From the NCBI RefSeq assembly GCF_030013595.1, contig NZ_CP122768.1: a stretch of DNA of 64,000 nt. The stretch is one strand, 5' to 3'. The DNA comes from Escherichia coli (GTDB taxonomy: Bacteria; Pseudomonadota; Gammaproteobacteria; Enterobacterales; Enterobacteriaceae). Below, piece after piece: positions 21,185 through 36,105 of the stretch. The notes beneath the pieces are model-generated. The model saw only the letters and a program-made list of their open reading frames with translations, was not told the DNA's origin and ran no database searches. The first letter of the stretch is position 1. Each line of letters starts with the position of its first letter. A program made the translations under genes and the position numbers.

Positions 21185-21925
21185 TTATTCGGCCTTATTA
21201 CCTTTATTCTGCTGCTCTATAGAAGCCAGAATCCCGCGCAGGATATTCAATTCCTGGCTTTCCGGGCGCGCACGGGTAAACAGACGGCGCAATTTATTCA
21301 TCACCTGCCCCGGATGGTTTTCACGAATAAAACCGGTTGCCAGCAGCGTTTGTTCCAGATGACCATAAAAACGCTCCAGATCATCGACCAGCGGATACGG
21401 CGTCTCTTCATGCTCGACTTGTTCGCCATTTTCCTGAGTTGCCAGCCAGGCCATGCGCACTTCATAGGCAATAACCTGAACCGCCATCGCCAGGTTCAGC
21501 GAACTGTATTCCGGGTTCGCAGCAATCGCGACATGATAATGGCATTTCTGCAACTCTTCATTGGTCAAGCCAACACGCTCACGACCAAAAACCAGCGCCA
21601 CCGGGGTATTTGCCGCTTCAGCGACGCTTTTCAGACCGCATTCGCGCGGGTCGAGCATCGGCCACGGCAGCGTGCGGGAGCGTGCGCTGGTGCCCACCAC
21701 CAGGCTACAACCGGCTAACGCTTCGTCGAGCGTATCGACGATGTGAGCATTACCAATCACATCGCTGGCCCCTGCTGCCAGGGCAATCGCCTGGGAGTCA
21801 GGTTTCACCAGTGGATTAACCAGCCACAGATTGGTTAATCCCATTGTTTTCATGGCACGGGCAACAGAACCCATATTGCCGGTGTGTGACGTCTCCACCA
21901 GCACAATTCGAATATTTTGCAGCAT
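21185..21925 (-). CDS. trmJ: tRNA (Cm32/Um32) 2'-O-methyltransferase TrmJ
   Basis: ORF track 246 aa; SpoU-type MTase; synteny next to iscR. Confidence 0.92.
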
Positions 21926-22043
21926 TGTCTTTCTTCGTCTAAAGATTATTCGCGCATCTTATCATAAAACGAAGACAGATGCCGATCTCGCTGCTATACT
22001 CTGCGCCGTTTTCCCGTTCTTTAACATCCAGTGAGAGAGACCG

Positions 22044-22847
22044 ATGCATCCGATGCTGAACATCGCCGTGCGCGCAGCGCGCAAGGCGGGTAATTTAATT
22101 GCCAAAAACTATGAAACCCCGGACGCTGTAGAAGCGAGCCAGAAAGGCAGTAACGACTTCGTGACCAACGTAGATAAAGCTGCCGAAGCGGTGATTATCG
22201 ACACGATTCGTAAATCTTACCCACAGCACACCATCATCACCGAAGAAAGCGGTGAACTTGAAGGTACTGATCAGGATGTTCAATGGGTTATCGATCCACT
22301 GGATGGCACTACCAACTTTATCAAACGTCTGCCGCACTTCGCGGTATCTATCGCCGTTCGTATCAAAGGCCGCACTGAAGTTGCTGTGGTTTACGATCCT
22401 ATGCGTAACGAACTGTTCACCGCCACTCGCGGTCAGGGCGCACAGCTGAACGGCTACCGTCTGCGCGGCAGCACCGCTCGCGATCTCGACGGTACTATTC
22501 TGGCGACCGGCTTCCCGTTCAAAGCAAAACAGTACGCCACCACCTACATCAACATCGTCGGCAAACTGTTCAACGAATGCGCTGACTTCCGTCGTACCGG
22601 TTCTGCGGCGCTGGATCTGGCTTACGTTGCTGCGGGTCGCGTTGACGGTTTCTTTGAAATCGGTCTGCGTCCGTGGGATTTCGCCGCAGGCGAGCTGCTG
22701 GTTCGTGAAGCGGGCGGCATCGTCAGCGACTTCACCGGTGGTCATAACTACATGCTGACCGGTAACATCGTTGCTGGTAACCCGCGCGTTGTTAAAGCCA
22801 TGCTGGCGAACATGCGTGACGAGTTAAGCGACGCCCTGAAGCGTTAA
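22044..22847 (+). CDS. suhB: inositol monophosphatase SuhB
   Basis: ORF track 267 aa MHPMLNIAVRAARKAGN...; IMPase motif WVIDPLDGT. Confidence 0.94.
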   Translation: MHPMLNIAVRAARKAGNLIAKNYETPDAVEASQKGSNDFVTNVDKAAEAVIIDTIRKSYPQHTIITEESGELEGTDQDVQWVIDPLDGTTNFIKRLPHFAVSIAVRIKGRTEVAVVYDPMRNELFTATRGQGAQLNGYRLRGSTARDLDGTILATGFPFKAKQYATTYINIVGKLFNECADFRRTGSAALDLAYVAAGRVDGFFEIGLRPWDFAAGELLVREAGGIVSDFTGGHNYMLTGNIVAGNPRVVKAMLANMRDELSDALKR

Positions 22848-22991
22848 TGACTCTGGCGGGTGATGTCACTCACCCGCCCTCGCCTTTCAGGCGCTATTCC
22901 GAAATACTTCCTCACCGCTTTACTTTCTTTCGCCACTCTCCCACCATCTTTCCCCGATTAATGGATGATAAAGAAGTCGCAAGGAAAGGTT

Positions 22992-23846
22992 ATGGCGCTG
23001 CCAGTGAACAAACGCGTTCTCAAAATTCTGTTTATTCTCTTTGTTGTTGCCTTCTGCATTTATTTAATACCGCGCATCGCCATCAATTTTTTCTATTACC
23101 CTGACGACAAAATCTACGGTCCCGAACCCTGGTCGGCGGAATCCGTCGAATTTACGGCTAAGGACGGTACTCATCTGCAAGGCTGGTTTATCCCTTCTTC
23201 GACGGGCCCTGCTGATAACGCCATTGCTACCATTATTCATGCTCACGGCAATGCCGGAAATATGTCCGCCCACTGGCCGCTGGTCAGTTGGTTACCCGAG
23301 CGTAATTTCAACATTTTTATGTTTGATTATCGCGGGTTTGGTAAATCAAAAGGCACGCCGTCCCAGGCCGGATTGCTGGACGATACGCAAAGTGCCATCA
23401 ATGTGGTGCGCCATCGCAGTGATGTAAACCCACAACGGCTGGTGCTGTTCGGGCAGAGTATTGGCGGGGCGAATATTCTGGATGTTATTGGTCAGGGTGA
23501 TCGTGAAGGCATACGTGCGGTGATCCTCGACTCCACATTTGCCTCTTATGCGACCATCGCCAACCAGATGATTCCCGGCAGTGGCTACTTACTTGATGAG
23601 AGTTACAGCGGCGAAAATTACATCGCCAGCGTCAGCCCGATCCCGCTTTTACTCATTCACGGTAAAGCTGATCACGTTATCCCATGGCAGCACAGCGAAA
23701 AGTTGTATAGCCTGGCAAAAGAGCCAAAACGGTTGATCCTAATCCCGGATGGCGAACACATTGATGCTTTTTCCGATCGTCACGGCGATGTTTATCGCGA
23801 ACAGATGGTGGATTTTATCCTTAGCGCGTTGAATCCGCAGAACTAA
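22992..23846 (+). CDS. yfhR: alpha/beta hydrolase family membrane protein YfhR
   Basis: ORF track 22965..23846; start probably MALPVNKRVLK; GQSIGG nucleophile elbow. Confidence 0.85.
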   Translation: MALPVNKRVLKILFILFVVAFCIYLIPRIAINFFYYPDDKIYGPEPWSAESVEFTAKDGTHLQGWFIPSSTGPADNAIATIIHAHGNAGNMSAHWPLVSWLPERNFNIFMFDYRGFGKSKGTPSQAGLLDDTQSAINVVRHRSDVNPQRLVLFGQSIGGANILDVIGQGDREGIRAVILDSTFASYATIANQMIPGSGYLLDESYSGENYIASVSPIPLLLIHGKADHVIPWQHSEKLYSLAKEPKRLILIPDGEHIDAFSDRHGDVYREQMVDFILSALNPQN

Positions 23847-24036
23847 CCCATGATCGCTAGCACGATAATCATTCACAAAAACACCTTAAGACATGCTAAT
23901 CCACTGGTCAGAACAGTTTAAGATGAGAAAAATTCTGTGACGCTTGCCAACATTTCTGATGATTAGCATTCCCTTCGCCATTTCCCTGAGCAAACTTTAG
24001 CTATTCTTATCAATTATGCTTATGGGAGATCTACAG

Positions 24037-25317
24037 ATGATGCCTACGCTTGCTCCACCATCTGTCCTTTCGGCTCCCCAGCGCCGCTGCCAGATCTTGC
24101 TGACACTCTTTCAGCCGGGGTTGACCGCCACCACGGCAACTTTCAGCGAGCTTAATGGTGTGGATGATGATATTGCCAGTCTTGATATCAGCGAAACAGG
24201 ACGGGAGATCCTGCGCTATCATCAACTCACACTGACTACTGGTTATGACGGTAGCTACCGGGTTGAAGGTACAGTGCTTAACCAACGTTTGTGTTTATTT
24301 CACTGGCTACGACGTGGTTTCCGCCTGTGTCCGTCATTTATTACCAGCCATTTCACCCCCGCCCTGAAGAGTGAACTGAAGCGGCGCGGAATTGCGCGTA
24401 ACTTTTACGACGATACCAATCTACAAGCGTTAGTGAATCTCTGCTCCCGACGGCTGCAAAAACGCTTTGAAACGCGCGATATTCATTTCCTGTGTCTGTA
24501 TCTGCAATATTGTTTGCTGCAACACCACGCTGGAATTACGCCTCAGTTTAATCCGCTCCAACGTCGCTGGGCGGAATCCTGCCTTGAATTTCAGGTAGCG
24601 CAGGAAATTGGACGCCACTGGCAGCGTCGGGCGCTCCAGCCTGTACCGCCTGATGAGCCACTGTTTATGGCATTACTTTTTTCCATGTTGCGGGTTCCCG
24701 ATCCACTGCGGGATGCGCATCAGCGGGACAGACAACTGCGTAAGTCTATCAAACGTCTGGTAAACCATTTTCGTGAGCTGGGAAATGTTCGTTTTTATGA
24801 TGAACAGGGGTTATGCGATCAGCTTTATACCCACCTCGCCCAGGCGTTAAATCGCAGTTTGTTTGCCATCGGTATTGATAACACCCTGCCGGAAGAGTTC
24901 GCCCGCCTGTATCCACGCCTGGTGCGCACCACCCGCGCGGCGCTGGCCGGATTTGAAAGTGAATACGGCGTCCATCTTTCTGATGAGGAAAGCGGTCTGG
25001 TCGCGGTGATTTTTGGTGCCTGGCTAATGCAGGAAAACGACCTGCATGAGAAACAGATTATTCTACTGACCGGGAATGATAGCGAGCGAGAAGCGCAGAT
25101 TGAGCAGCAGCTACGCGAACTAACGTTACTGCCGCTCAACATTAAACATATGTCGGTAAAGGTATTTTTGCAGACAGGCGCTCCGCGCGGCGCGGCACTG
25201 ATTATTGCTCCTTATACCATGCCGTTACCGCTCTTTTCACCACCGCTGATCTATACGGACCTGACGCTGACAACACATCAACAGGAGCAGATCCGCAAAA
25301 TGCTCGAATCAGCATGA
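24037..25317 (+). CDS. csiE: stationary-phase inducible protein CsiE
   Basis: ORF track 24016..25317; start trimmed to MMPTLAPPSV (426 aa). Confidence 0.88.
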   Translation: MMPTLAPPSVLSAPQRRCQILLTLFQPGLTATTATFSELNGVDDDIASLDISETGREILRYHQLTLTTGYDGSYRVEGTVLNQRLCLFHWLRRGFRLCPSFITSHFTPALKSELKRRGIARNFYDDTNLQALVNLCSRRLQKRFETRDIHFLCLYLQYCLLQHHAGITPQFNPLQRRWAESCLEFQVAQEIGRHWQRRALQPVPPDEPLFMALLFSMLRVPDPLRDAHQRDRQLRKSIKRLVNHFRELGNVRFYDEQGLCDQLYTHLAQALNRSLFAIGIDNTLPEEFARLYPRLVRTTRAALAGFESEYGVHLSDEESGLVAVIFGAWLMQENDLHEKQIILLTGNDSEREAQIEQQLRELTLLPLNIKHMSVKVFLQTGAPRGAALIIAPYTMPLPLFSPPLIYTDLTLTTHQQEQIRKMLESA

Positions 25318-26448
25318 GGGAACAACTTTCGGGCGCAAAAACATTGCCGGAAGCGCCACCAGCGCCATCACCCAGAACACGCCGTGACCCAGATATTGAT
25401 ACAGGAAACCGGCGAAAACGGTCATGATCGCGATACTGCCGCCCATCGCGACGGCAGAGTAAACCGCCTGTAAACGGATGACTTCGCTACCCTGGCGAGC
25501 GGCAATATAGCGCATGGCGGCCAGGTGGCAGACCGTGAAGGTGCCGCAATGCAGAATTTGCACCACTATCAACCACGGCAACGCCGTCGTTGCTCCCATA
25601 ATGCCCCAGCGCACTACGCCGCAAATCGCTGAGATCAACAGCATATCGCGTGCACTACAACGGCGGAAAAGTTTATTACTCAGCGCAAAGATAATGACTT
25701 CCGCCACCACGCCCAGCGACCACAAATAGCCCACCGCCGAGGCCGAGTAGCCAGCAGCCTGCCAGTAAATGGCGCTAAAACCGTAATAGGCCGCATGCGC
25801 CCCCTGCAATAAACAAACGCAGGCCAGAAAGCGCCAGTTCTGGCGAACCAGCGCCAACCACGCTGACCAACCGGTGCTCTCCTGCTGGCGGCTTGCCCCT
25901 TGTGGCTGAATCGTCGGACGGATGAGAAAGCCGAGCAGCATGGATGCCACGCCCAACGTCAACAGCGCGAGGATCACCCGATAATCAAACATACTGACCA
26001 GTTTACCCGTCAACGCCGAGCCAATGACAAACGCCACCGAGCCCCACAGTCGCACTTTGCCGTAATCAAGCGGGAACTGCTTTTGCCACGTATTCGCCAG
26101 TGCATCGGTCAACGGTACCAGCGGTGAGAAAAAGAGGTTAAAGCCAATCATCACCAGCATCAGCCACGCTACGTGCGCCCCCGCCCAGAATGCGACAGCA
26201 AAGAGAAGTGTCAGCAGTGCCAGCACGCGCAAGGCGGAAATCAGGCGAGAAGGATCGCTGACGCGGGGCGCGATGAGCAAACTCCCGAGAAAACGGGCAA
26301 CCAGACCTGCCCCCAATAACAGGCCGATGGTTTCTGGCGTTAAACCAATCCCCTTAAGCCAGACGCTCCAGAAAGGTAGAAAAATGCCGTAACTAAAAAA
26401 GTATGTGAAATAGCCGAGCGCCAACCAGCGCGTGGATTGCAAAACCAT
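25309..26448 (-). CDS. hcaT: MFS transporter HcaT (3-phenylpropionate transporter candidate)
   Basis: ORF track 379 aa; 12-TM-like hydrophobic profile. Confidence 0.9.
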   Translation of the reverse strand: MVLQSTRWLALGYFTYFFSYGIFLPFWSVWLKGIGLTPETIGLLLGAGLVARFLGSLLIAPRVSDPSRLISALRVLALLTLLFAVAFWAGAHVAWLMLVMIGFNLFFSPLVPLTDALANTWQKQFPLDYGKVRLWGSVAFVIGSALTGKLVSMFDYRVILALLTLGVASMLLGFLIRPTIQPQGASRQQESTGWSAWLALVRQNWRFLACVCLLQGAHAAYYGFSAIYWQAAGYSASAVGYLWSLGVVAEVIIFALSNKLFRRCSARDMLLISAICGVVRWGIMGATTALPWLIVVQILHCGTFTVCHLAAMRYIAARQGSEVIRLQAVYSAVAMGGSIAIMTVFAGFLYQYLGHGVFWVMALVALPAMFLRPKVVPSC

Positions 26449-26607
26449 GAGTCCCTCCCGTCAGGAGGCGTTAGTCTGGGGTTAATCGAATGTTGGTGCA
26501 AGTTGAAAAATAAGAATATTCGAGCCTGCTTCCCGATGTCTGTAACACCAGTTCACAAGCACTAAAAAACTGCGATCCGCGACGCATGTTGCAAAAATAA
26601 TGCGTAA

Positions 26608-27498
26608 TTATGCCGTTACGCTTGCCAAACGTTCCTGCACAATGGCGATGAAATCGCGTAATGCCGGCTTCATCTCCCCTTTCTTCCACGCCATCAGTAA
26701 AGCAATGGAAGGCACATTTCCGGCAATGGGTCGAAATACCACCTGGCCGGTATTAAAATTATTCATATAACCGGGTATCAAAGTGACGCCCAGCCCCATC
26801 CCCACCAGATTCATGGTCACCAGAATATTCGTTGCTACCTGGACGATATTTGGCTGGCTGTTTTCTTGCGCAAACCACGCTTTAACGATCGGCGCAAGCG
26901 AACCGGAATACGCAGGATCAGTACTGACGAAATTCACGCCATCCAGTTGCGCGGCGGTGATCTCTTTTTCATGTGCTAAAGGGTGATCAACCGGTAACAC
27001 CACCACTAATGGTTCGTCAAAAAGCTCCAGATAATCAATCTCCGGGCTATAAACAGGATGGCGCATTAAGCCGACGTCGAGTTCACCACGGCGAATTTTT
27101 TCTTCCTGTTCCGTGGTGATTAAACTCACCAGCTCAATTAAGGTGTCTGGCTGTCTGAGACGAAACATCGGTAATACTTTTGGCAGTAAATTCACTTCCG
27201 CCGATGGCACAAAGCCAATGGTTAATTGTCTGTCTTCCTGAACAATTTTCCGCGCCCGTAATTTGGCATTTTCCGCTTGTTCGAGGATTGCCAGCGCGTC
27301 CTGGAGAAAACATTCTCCCGCCGCCGTCAACGCGACTTTGCGCTTATCCCTCACCAGCAACGGAACACCGACACAGTTTTCAAGATCGCGGATCTGGCTG
27401 CTTAACGAAGGCTGTGAGGTATGCAGTTTTTCCGCCGCACGGGTAAAGTTCAGTGCCTGCGCCACTGCGACGAAATAGCGTAAATGTCGTAGTTCCAT
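26608..27498 (-). CDS. hcaR: LysR-type regulator HcaR
   Basis: ORF track 26608..27591; start trimmed to MELRHLRYFVAVAQALNFTRAAEKL (LysR HTH). Confidence 0.9.
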   Translation of the reverse strand: MELRHLRYFVAVAQALNFTRAAEKLHTSQPSLSSQIRDLENCVGVPLLVRDKRKVALTAAGECFLQDALAILEQAENAKLRARKIVQEDRQLTIGFVPSAEVNLLPKVLPMFRLRQPDTLIELVSLITTEQEEKIRRGELDVGLMRHPVYSPEIDYLELFDEPLVVVLPVDHPLAHEKEITAAQLDGVNFVSTDPAYSGSLAPIVKAWFAQENSQPNIVQVATNILVTMNLVGMGLGVTLIPGYMNNFNTGQVVFRPIAGNVPSIALLMAWKKGEMKPALRDFIAIVQERLASVTA

Positions 27499-27597
27499 CA
27501 CCTTCCCCTTGTTATCGAAAAAACGTCTCAGCTGGTAGAAATTAACTATTTCACATATTAGCAACCAACCAGCAACATCCTTATAGCACAAAAATAG

Positions 27598-29509
<1,912 letters not shown>

Positions 29510-29510
<1 letters not shown>

Positions 29511-29830
29511 TGAATCGAATTTATGCGTGTCCCGTTGCGGATGTGCCGGAGGGTGAGGCTCTCCGGATCGATACCTCGCCCGTCATCGCCCTGTTCAACG
29601 TAGGCGGCGAGTTTTATGCCATTAACGATCGTTGCAGCCATGGTAATGCGTCGATGTCAGAAGGGTATCTGGAAGATGACGCCACGGTGGAGTGCCCGCT
29701 GCACGCCGCCAGTTTTTGCCTGAAAACGGGGAAAGCGTTATGCCTGCCCGCCACCGATCCGCTAACCACTTATCCAGTACACGTTGAAGGTGGTGACATC
29801 TTCATCGACTTACCGGAGGCGCAGCCATGA
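29510..29830 (+). CDS. hcaC: 3-phenylpropionate dioxygenase ferredoxin (Rieske)
   Basis: ORF track 106 aa; CSHGNA...CPLH. Confidence 0.92.
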
Positions 29831-30639
29831 GCGATCTGCATAACGAGTCCATCTTTATTACCGGCGGCGGATCGGGATTAGGCCTGGCGCTGGTCGAGCG
29901 ATTTATCGAAGAAGGCGCGCAGGTTGCCACGCTGGAACTGTCGGCGGCAAAAGTCGCCAGTCTGCGTCAGCGATTTGGCGAACATATTCTGGCGGTGGAA
30001 GGTAACGTGACCTGCTATGCCGATTATCAACGCGCGGTCGATCAGATCCTGACTCGTTCTGGCAAGCTGGATTGTTTTATCGGCAATGCGGGCATCTGGG
30101 ATCACAATGCCTCACTGGTTAATACTCCCGCAGAGACGCTCGAAACTGGCTTCCACGAGCTGTTTAACGTCAACGTACTCGGTTACCTGCTGGGCGCAAA
30201 AGCCTGCGCTCCGGCGTTAATCGCCAGTGAAGGCAGCATGATTTTCACACTGTCAAATGCCGCCTGGTATCCCGGCGGCGGTGGCCCGCTGTACACCGCC
30301 AGTAAACATGCCGCAACCGGACTTATTCGCCAACTGGCTTATGAACTGGCACCGAAAGTGCGGGTGAATGGCGTCGGCCCGTGTGGTATGGCCAGCGACC
30401 TGCGCGGCCCACAGGCGCTCGGGCAAAGTGAAACCTCGATAATGCAGTCTCTGACGCCGGAGAAAATTGCCGCCATTTTACCGCTGCAATTTTTCCCGCA
30501 ACCGGCGGATTTTACGGGTCCGTATGTGATGTTGGCATCGCGGCGCAATAATCGCGCATTAAGCGGTGTGATGATCAACGCTGATGCGGGTTTAGCGATT
30601 CGCGGCATTCGCCACGTAGCGGCTGGGCTGGATCTTTAA
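29827..30639 (+). CDS. hcaB: 2,3-dihydroxy-2,3-dihydrophenylpropionate dehydrogenase (SDR)
   Basis: ORF track 270 aa; SDR motifs [13 protein letters not shown]. Confidence 0.92.
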
Positions 30640-31851
<1,212 letters not shown>

Positions 31852-31947
31852 CCAGGATAATTAGCGAATATCTCAACGCCTGGGGCGTGGCGAGGTACCA
31901 GAGTGTGTATTACGTTTAAATCACATTATCTTGCAAAGGGATTGGTT

Positions 31948-32370
31948 ATGAACTCACTACGTTATTTTGATTTTGGTGCTGCCCGCCCCGTTTTGTTATT
32001 AATTGCCCGTATCGCCGTCATCTTAATTTTCATTATTTTTGGTTTTCCCAAAATGATGGGCTTTGACGGTACGGTCCAATATATGGCCTCGCTGGGCGCG
32101 CCGATGCCGATGCTGGCAGCTATTATTGCGGTAGTTATGGAAGTGCCCGCCGCGATATTAATCGTGCTTGGCTTTTTCACCCGTCCGCTGGCGGTGCTGT
32201 TTATTTTCTACACGCTGGGTACGGCGGTGATTGGTCACCATTACTGGGATATGACCGGCGATGCGGTTGGGCCAAATATGATTAATTTCTGGAAGAATGT
32301 CAGTATCGCTGGCGCATTCCTGCTGTTGGCAATTACCGGGCCGGGGGCAATTTCTCTCGATCGGCGTTAG
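31948..32370 (+). CDS. yphA: DoxX family inner membrane protein YphA
   Basis: ORF track 31903..32370; start trimmed to [15 protein letters not shown] (140 aa). Confidence 0.88.
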   Translation: MNSLRYFDFGAARPVLLLIARIAVILIFIIFGFPKMMGFDGTVQYMASLGAPMPMLAAIIAVVMEVPAAILIVLGFFTRPLAVLFIFYTLGTAVIGHHYWDMTGDAVGPNMINFWKNVSIAGAFLLLAITGPGAISLDRR

Positions 32371-32378
32371 GAAAGATG

Positions 32379-32396
32379 CCGGATGCGGCGTGAACT
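32379..32396. repeat. left half of a REP palindromic unit (gccggatgcggcgtgaac), split by the IS insertion
   Basis: Joined with 33828-33844 it reconstitutes GCCGGATGCGGCGTGAACGCCTTATCCGGCC, the E. coli REP consensus as I recall it. Confidence 0.85.
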
Positions 32397-32859
32397 GAAC
32401 TGCACCCCAAATGTTGGACATAATCTGACATCTGAAGGTGCAGTTTATGAAACATTCATTTGAAGTAAAACTTGCCGCTGTAAATCATTACCTGGCTGGT
32501 CATGCAGGCATCATTTCTACGGCAAAACTCTTTCAACTTTCTCACACCAGCCTCTCACACTGGATTAATCTTTTTCTTCTTCACGGTCCTCGTGCACTGG
32601 ATTGCAGACACAAGCGTAGCTATTCTCCTGAAGATAAACTTTGCGTGGTTCTTTATGCTCTCGGGCATTCTGAGTCTCTACCCCGGGTAGCTGCCCGGTT
32701 TAACATTCCCAGCCACAACACGGTTAAAAACTGGATAAAAGGCTACCGCAAATCTGGTAATGAGGCCTTTATCAGGCGCAGGAAGGAGAAAAGCATGACC
32801 CGTTCTGATGATACCCATGAAAACGAGGCAAACATGACGCCGGAAGAGATGAAGAATGA

Positions 32860-33827
<968 letters not shown>

Positions 33828-33844
33828 GAACGCCTTATCCGGCC
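33828..33844. repeat. right half of the split REP (gaacgccttatccggcc)
   Basis: See 32379-32396. Confidence 0.85.
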
Positions 33845-33851
33845 ACTCAGC

Positions 33852-34052
33852 TCACTTCTTCGGTTGATCCTTTTTCGGCCTGTCGTCGTCATCGTCCCAC
33901 TTATCGTTGAAATCACGATGCGGGGGAAGCTCCGGCTTGTTGGCGAGAAATTTCTTATGGTCGACGCGCTTGAGATCTTTAATCACGTTCAGCAGGACGC
34001 CTACCAAAAAGACAATCACCAGAATCCACCAATATTTAGCCAGCCAGTCCAT
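33852..34052 (-). CDS. ypfN: small protein YpfN (UPF0370)
   Basis: ORF track 33852..34076; start trimmed to [21 protein letters not shown] (66 aa). Confidence 0.85.
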   Translation of the reverse strand: MDWLAKYWWILVIVFLVGVLLNVIKDLKRVDHKKFLANKPELPPHRDFNDKWDDDDDRPKKDQPKK

Positions 34053-34079
34053 GCTTATTTCCTCTTGCAGAACCACTCA

Positions 34080-35207
34080 TCAGGCGACGAGCTGTTCCAT
34101 GATACGTTGATACATACGGGCAAGTAGCTGCAGGTCGGCAGCGTTCACACATTCATTAATTTTATGAATAGTGGCATTGACCGGCCCGAGTTCCACCACC
34201 TGCGCCCCCATGCGGGCAATAAAGCGCCCGTCGGACGTTCCGCCTGTGGTCAGTAGCTGCGGTTTAATTTCATTATAGTGCTCAACCGCGTTAACGACCG
34301 CATCCACCAGTTTACCTCGCGCGGTCAAAAATGGCTGCCCGGAAAGCCACCAATCCACCGTATAGCGCAGTTGATGTTTTTCAAGCAGGGCAAGTACCTG
34401 CGCTTTGATCATCTCATCAGTCAGTTCGGTACTGAAGCGGAAGTTAAACTGCACAAACAGTTCACCCGGAATAACGTTGTTACTGCCCGTTCCCGCCTGA
34501 ATATTGGCAATCTGCATACTGGTCGCCGGGAAGAATTCATTGCCCTGATCCCACTCAATAGCCACTAATTCATTAAGGAAAGGTGCTGCGCGATGTACCG
34601 GATTGTCAGCCAGATGTGGGTAGGCAACATGCCCCTGCACGCCATGAATGGTGAGGTTGCAGGTTAACGATCCGCGACGACCATTTTTCACCACATCACC
34701 TACCACTTCGATACTCGACGGTTCGCCAACCAGGCAGTAATCGAGACGCTCATTACGTGCCATCAACGCTTCGACGACTTTTACCGTACCGTTATGGGCA
34801 CTGGCTTCTTCATCAGAAGTGATCAGAAATGCCAGTCGCCCCGTATGGTTGGGATGTTGTGCGACAAAGCGTTCTGCCGCTACCACCATCGCCGCCAGCG
34901 AGCCTTTCATATCTGCCGCACCGCGCCCGAATAACATGCCATCACGAATGGTGGGTTCAAACGGCGGATTGATCCAACGATCGGCGTCGCCAGGCGGCAC
35001 CACGTCGGTATGCCCGGCAAAGGCCAACGTTTCACCTTGCCCACGCCATGCCCAAAAATTCTGCGTATCGGCAAAATCCATGCGTTCAACGGTAAAACCG
35101 ATCGCCTGCAAACGTTCAATCAACAAAGCCTGGCATCCTGCGTCATCAGGACTCAGGGAAGGGCGGCGAATAAGCTGTTGTGTCAGCTCAATAACCGGGC
35201 ACGACAT
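34080..35207 (-). CDS. dapE: succinyl-diaminopimelate desuccinylase
   Basis: ORF track 375 aa [26 protein letters not shown]... Confidence 0.94.
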
Positions 35208-35210
35208 AGA

Positions 35211-35585
<375 letters not shown>

Positions 35586-35947
35586 TTATGAGAATAAATA
35601 CTCATTTAAGAGTGAAAACATTTTGCCTGCAAATGATTATCAGGAAATATAACATTATCGAAGTATTCAAATTAACAACTATTAAATAATATTAAACATT
35701 TTTAACGTAAACATTAAGAATATTCATCTTGTTATCTGTCTGTATTTTAAACAGAATTAAATCAGTATTAGATGCCGTATGAATATCTCGAAATGTTGCT
35801 GTGTATCACATACAAATCATCACCGCAGGACCATAGTATTTACATAAGGTTTGTCCCCCGGAGGTAGTCATCGCAGCAATCGAGTAAATTAGCTTCACCA
35901 CGGTATATTGTTTCCGTAGAATACCCATAATTATAAGAGAGGTTGTT

Positions 35948-36007
35948 ATGATTGAACGTGAACTGGGGAACTGGAAAGACTTTATCGAAGTTATGCTTCG
36001 TAAGTAA
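35948..36007 (+). CDS. ypfM: small protein YpfM (19 aa, MIERELGNWKDFIEVMLRK)
   Basis: Own translation; SD gagagg 6-7 nt upstream; not in ORF track (below size cutoff). Confidence 0.7.
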   Translation: MIERELGNWKDFIEVMLRK

Positions 36008-36067
36008 TTCCTGAGACAAAGTACAAACAGCAAGAACCCGCTGAGCAGGTTCTTAATCGGAAAGTTG

Positions 36068-36102
36068 AAAAAGGCGACACATTGGCATGTCGCCTTTTTT
36101 AT
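36068..36102. terminator. bidirectional rho-independent terminator between ypfM (+) and acrD (-)
   Basis: aaaaaggcgacacattggcatgtcgccttttttatt: hairpin with A-tract on one side and T-tract on the other. Confidence 0.7.
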
Positions 36103-36105
36103 TGC

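Noticed and set aside
35806-36033. 75-aa minus-strand ORF in the yffB-acrD intergenic region
   Set aside because: AT-rich low-complexity translation; overlaps the better-supported 19-aa ypfM ORF on the + strand.
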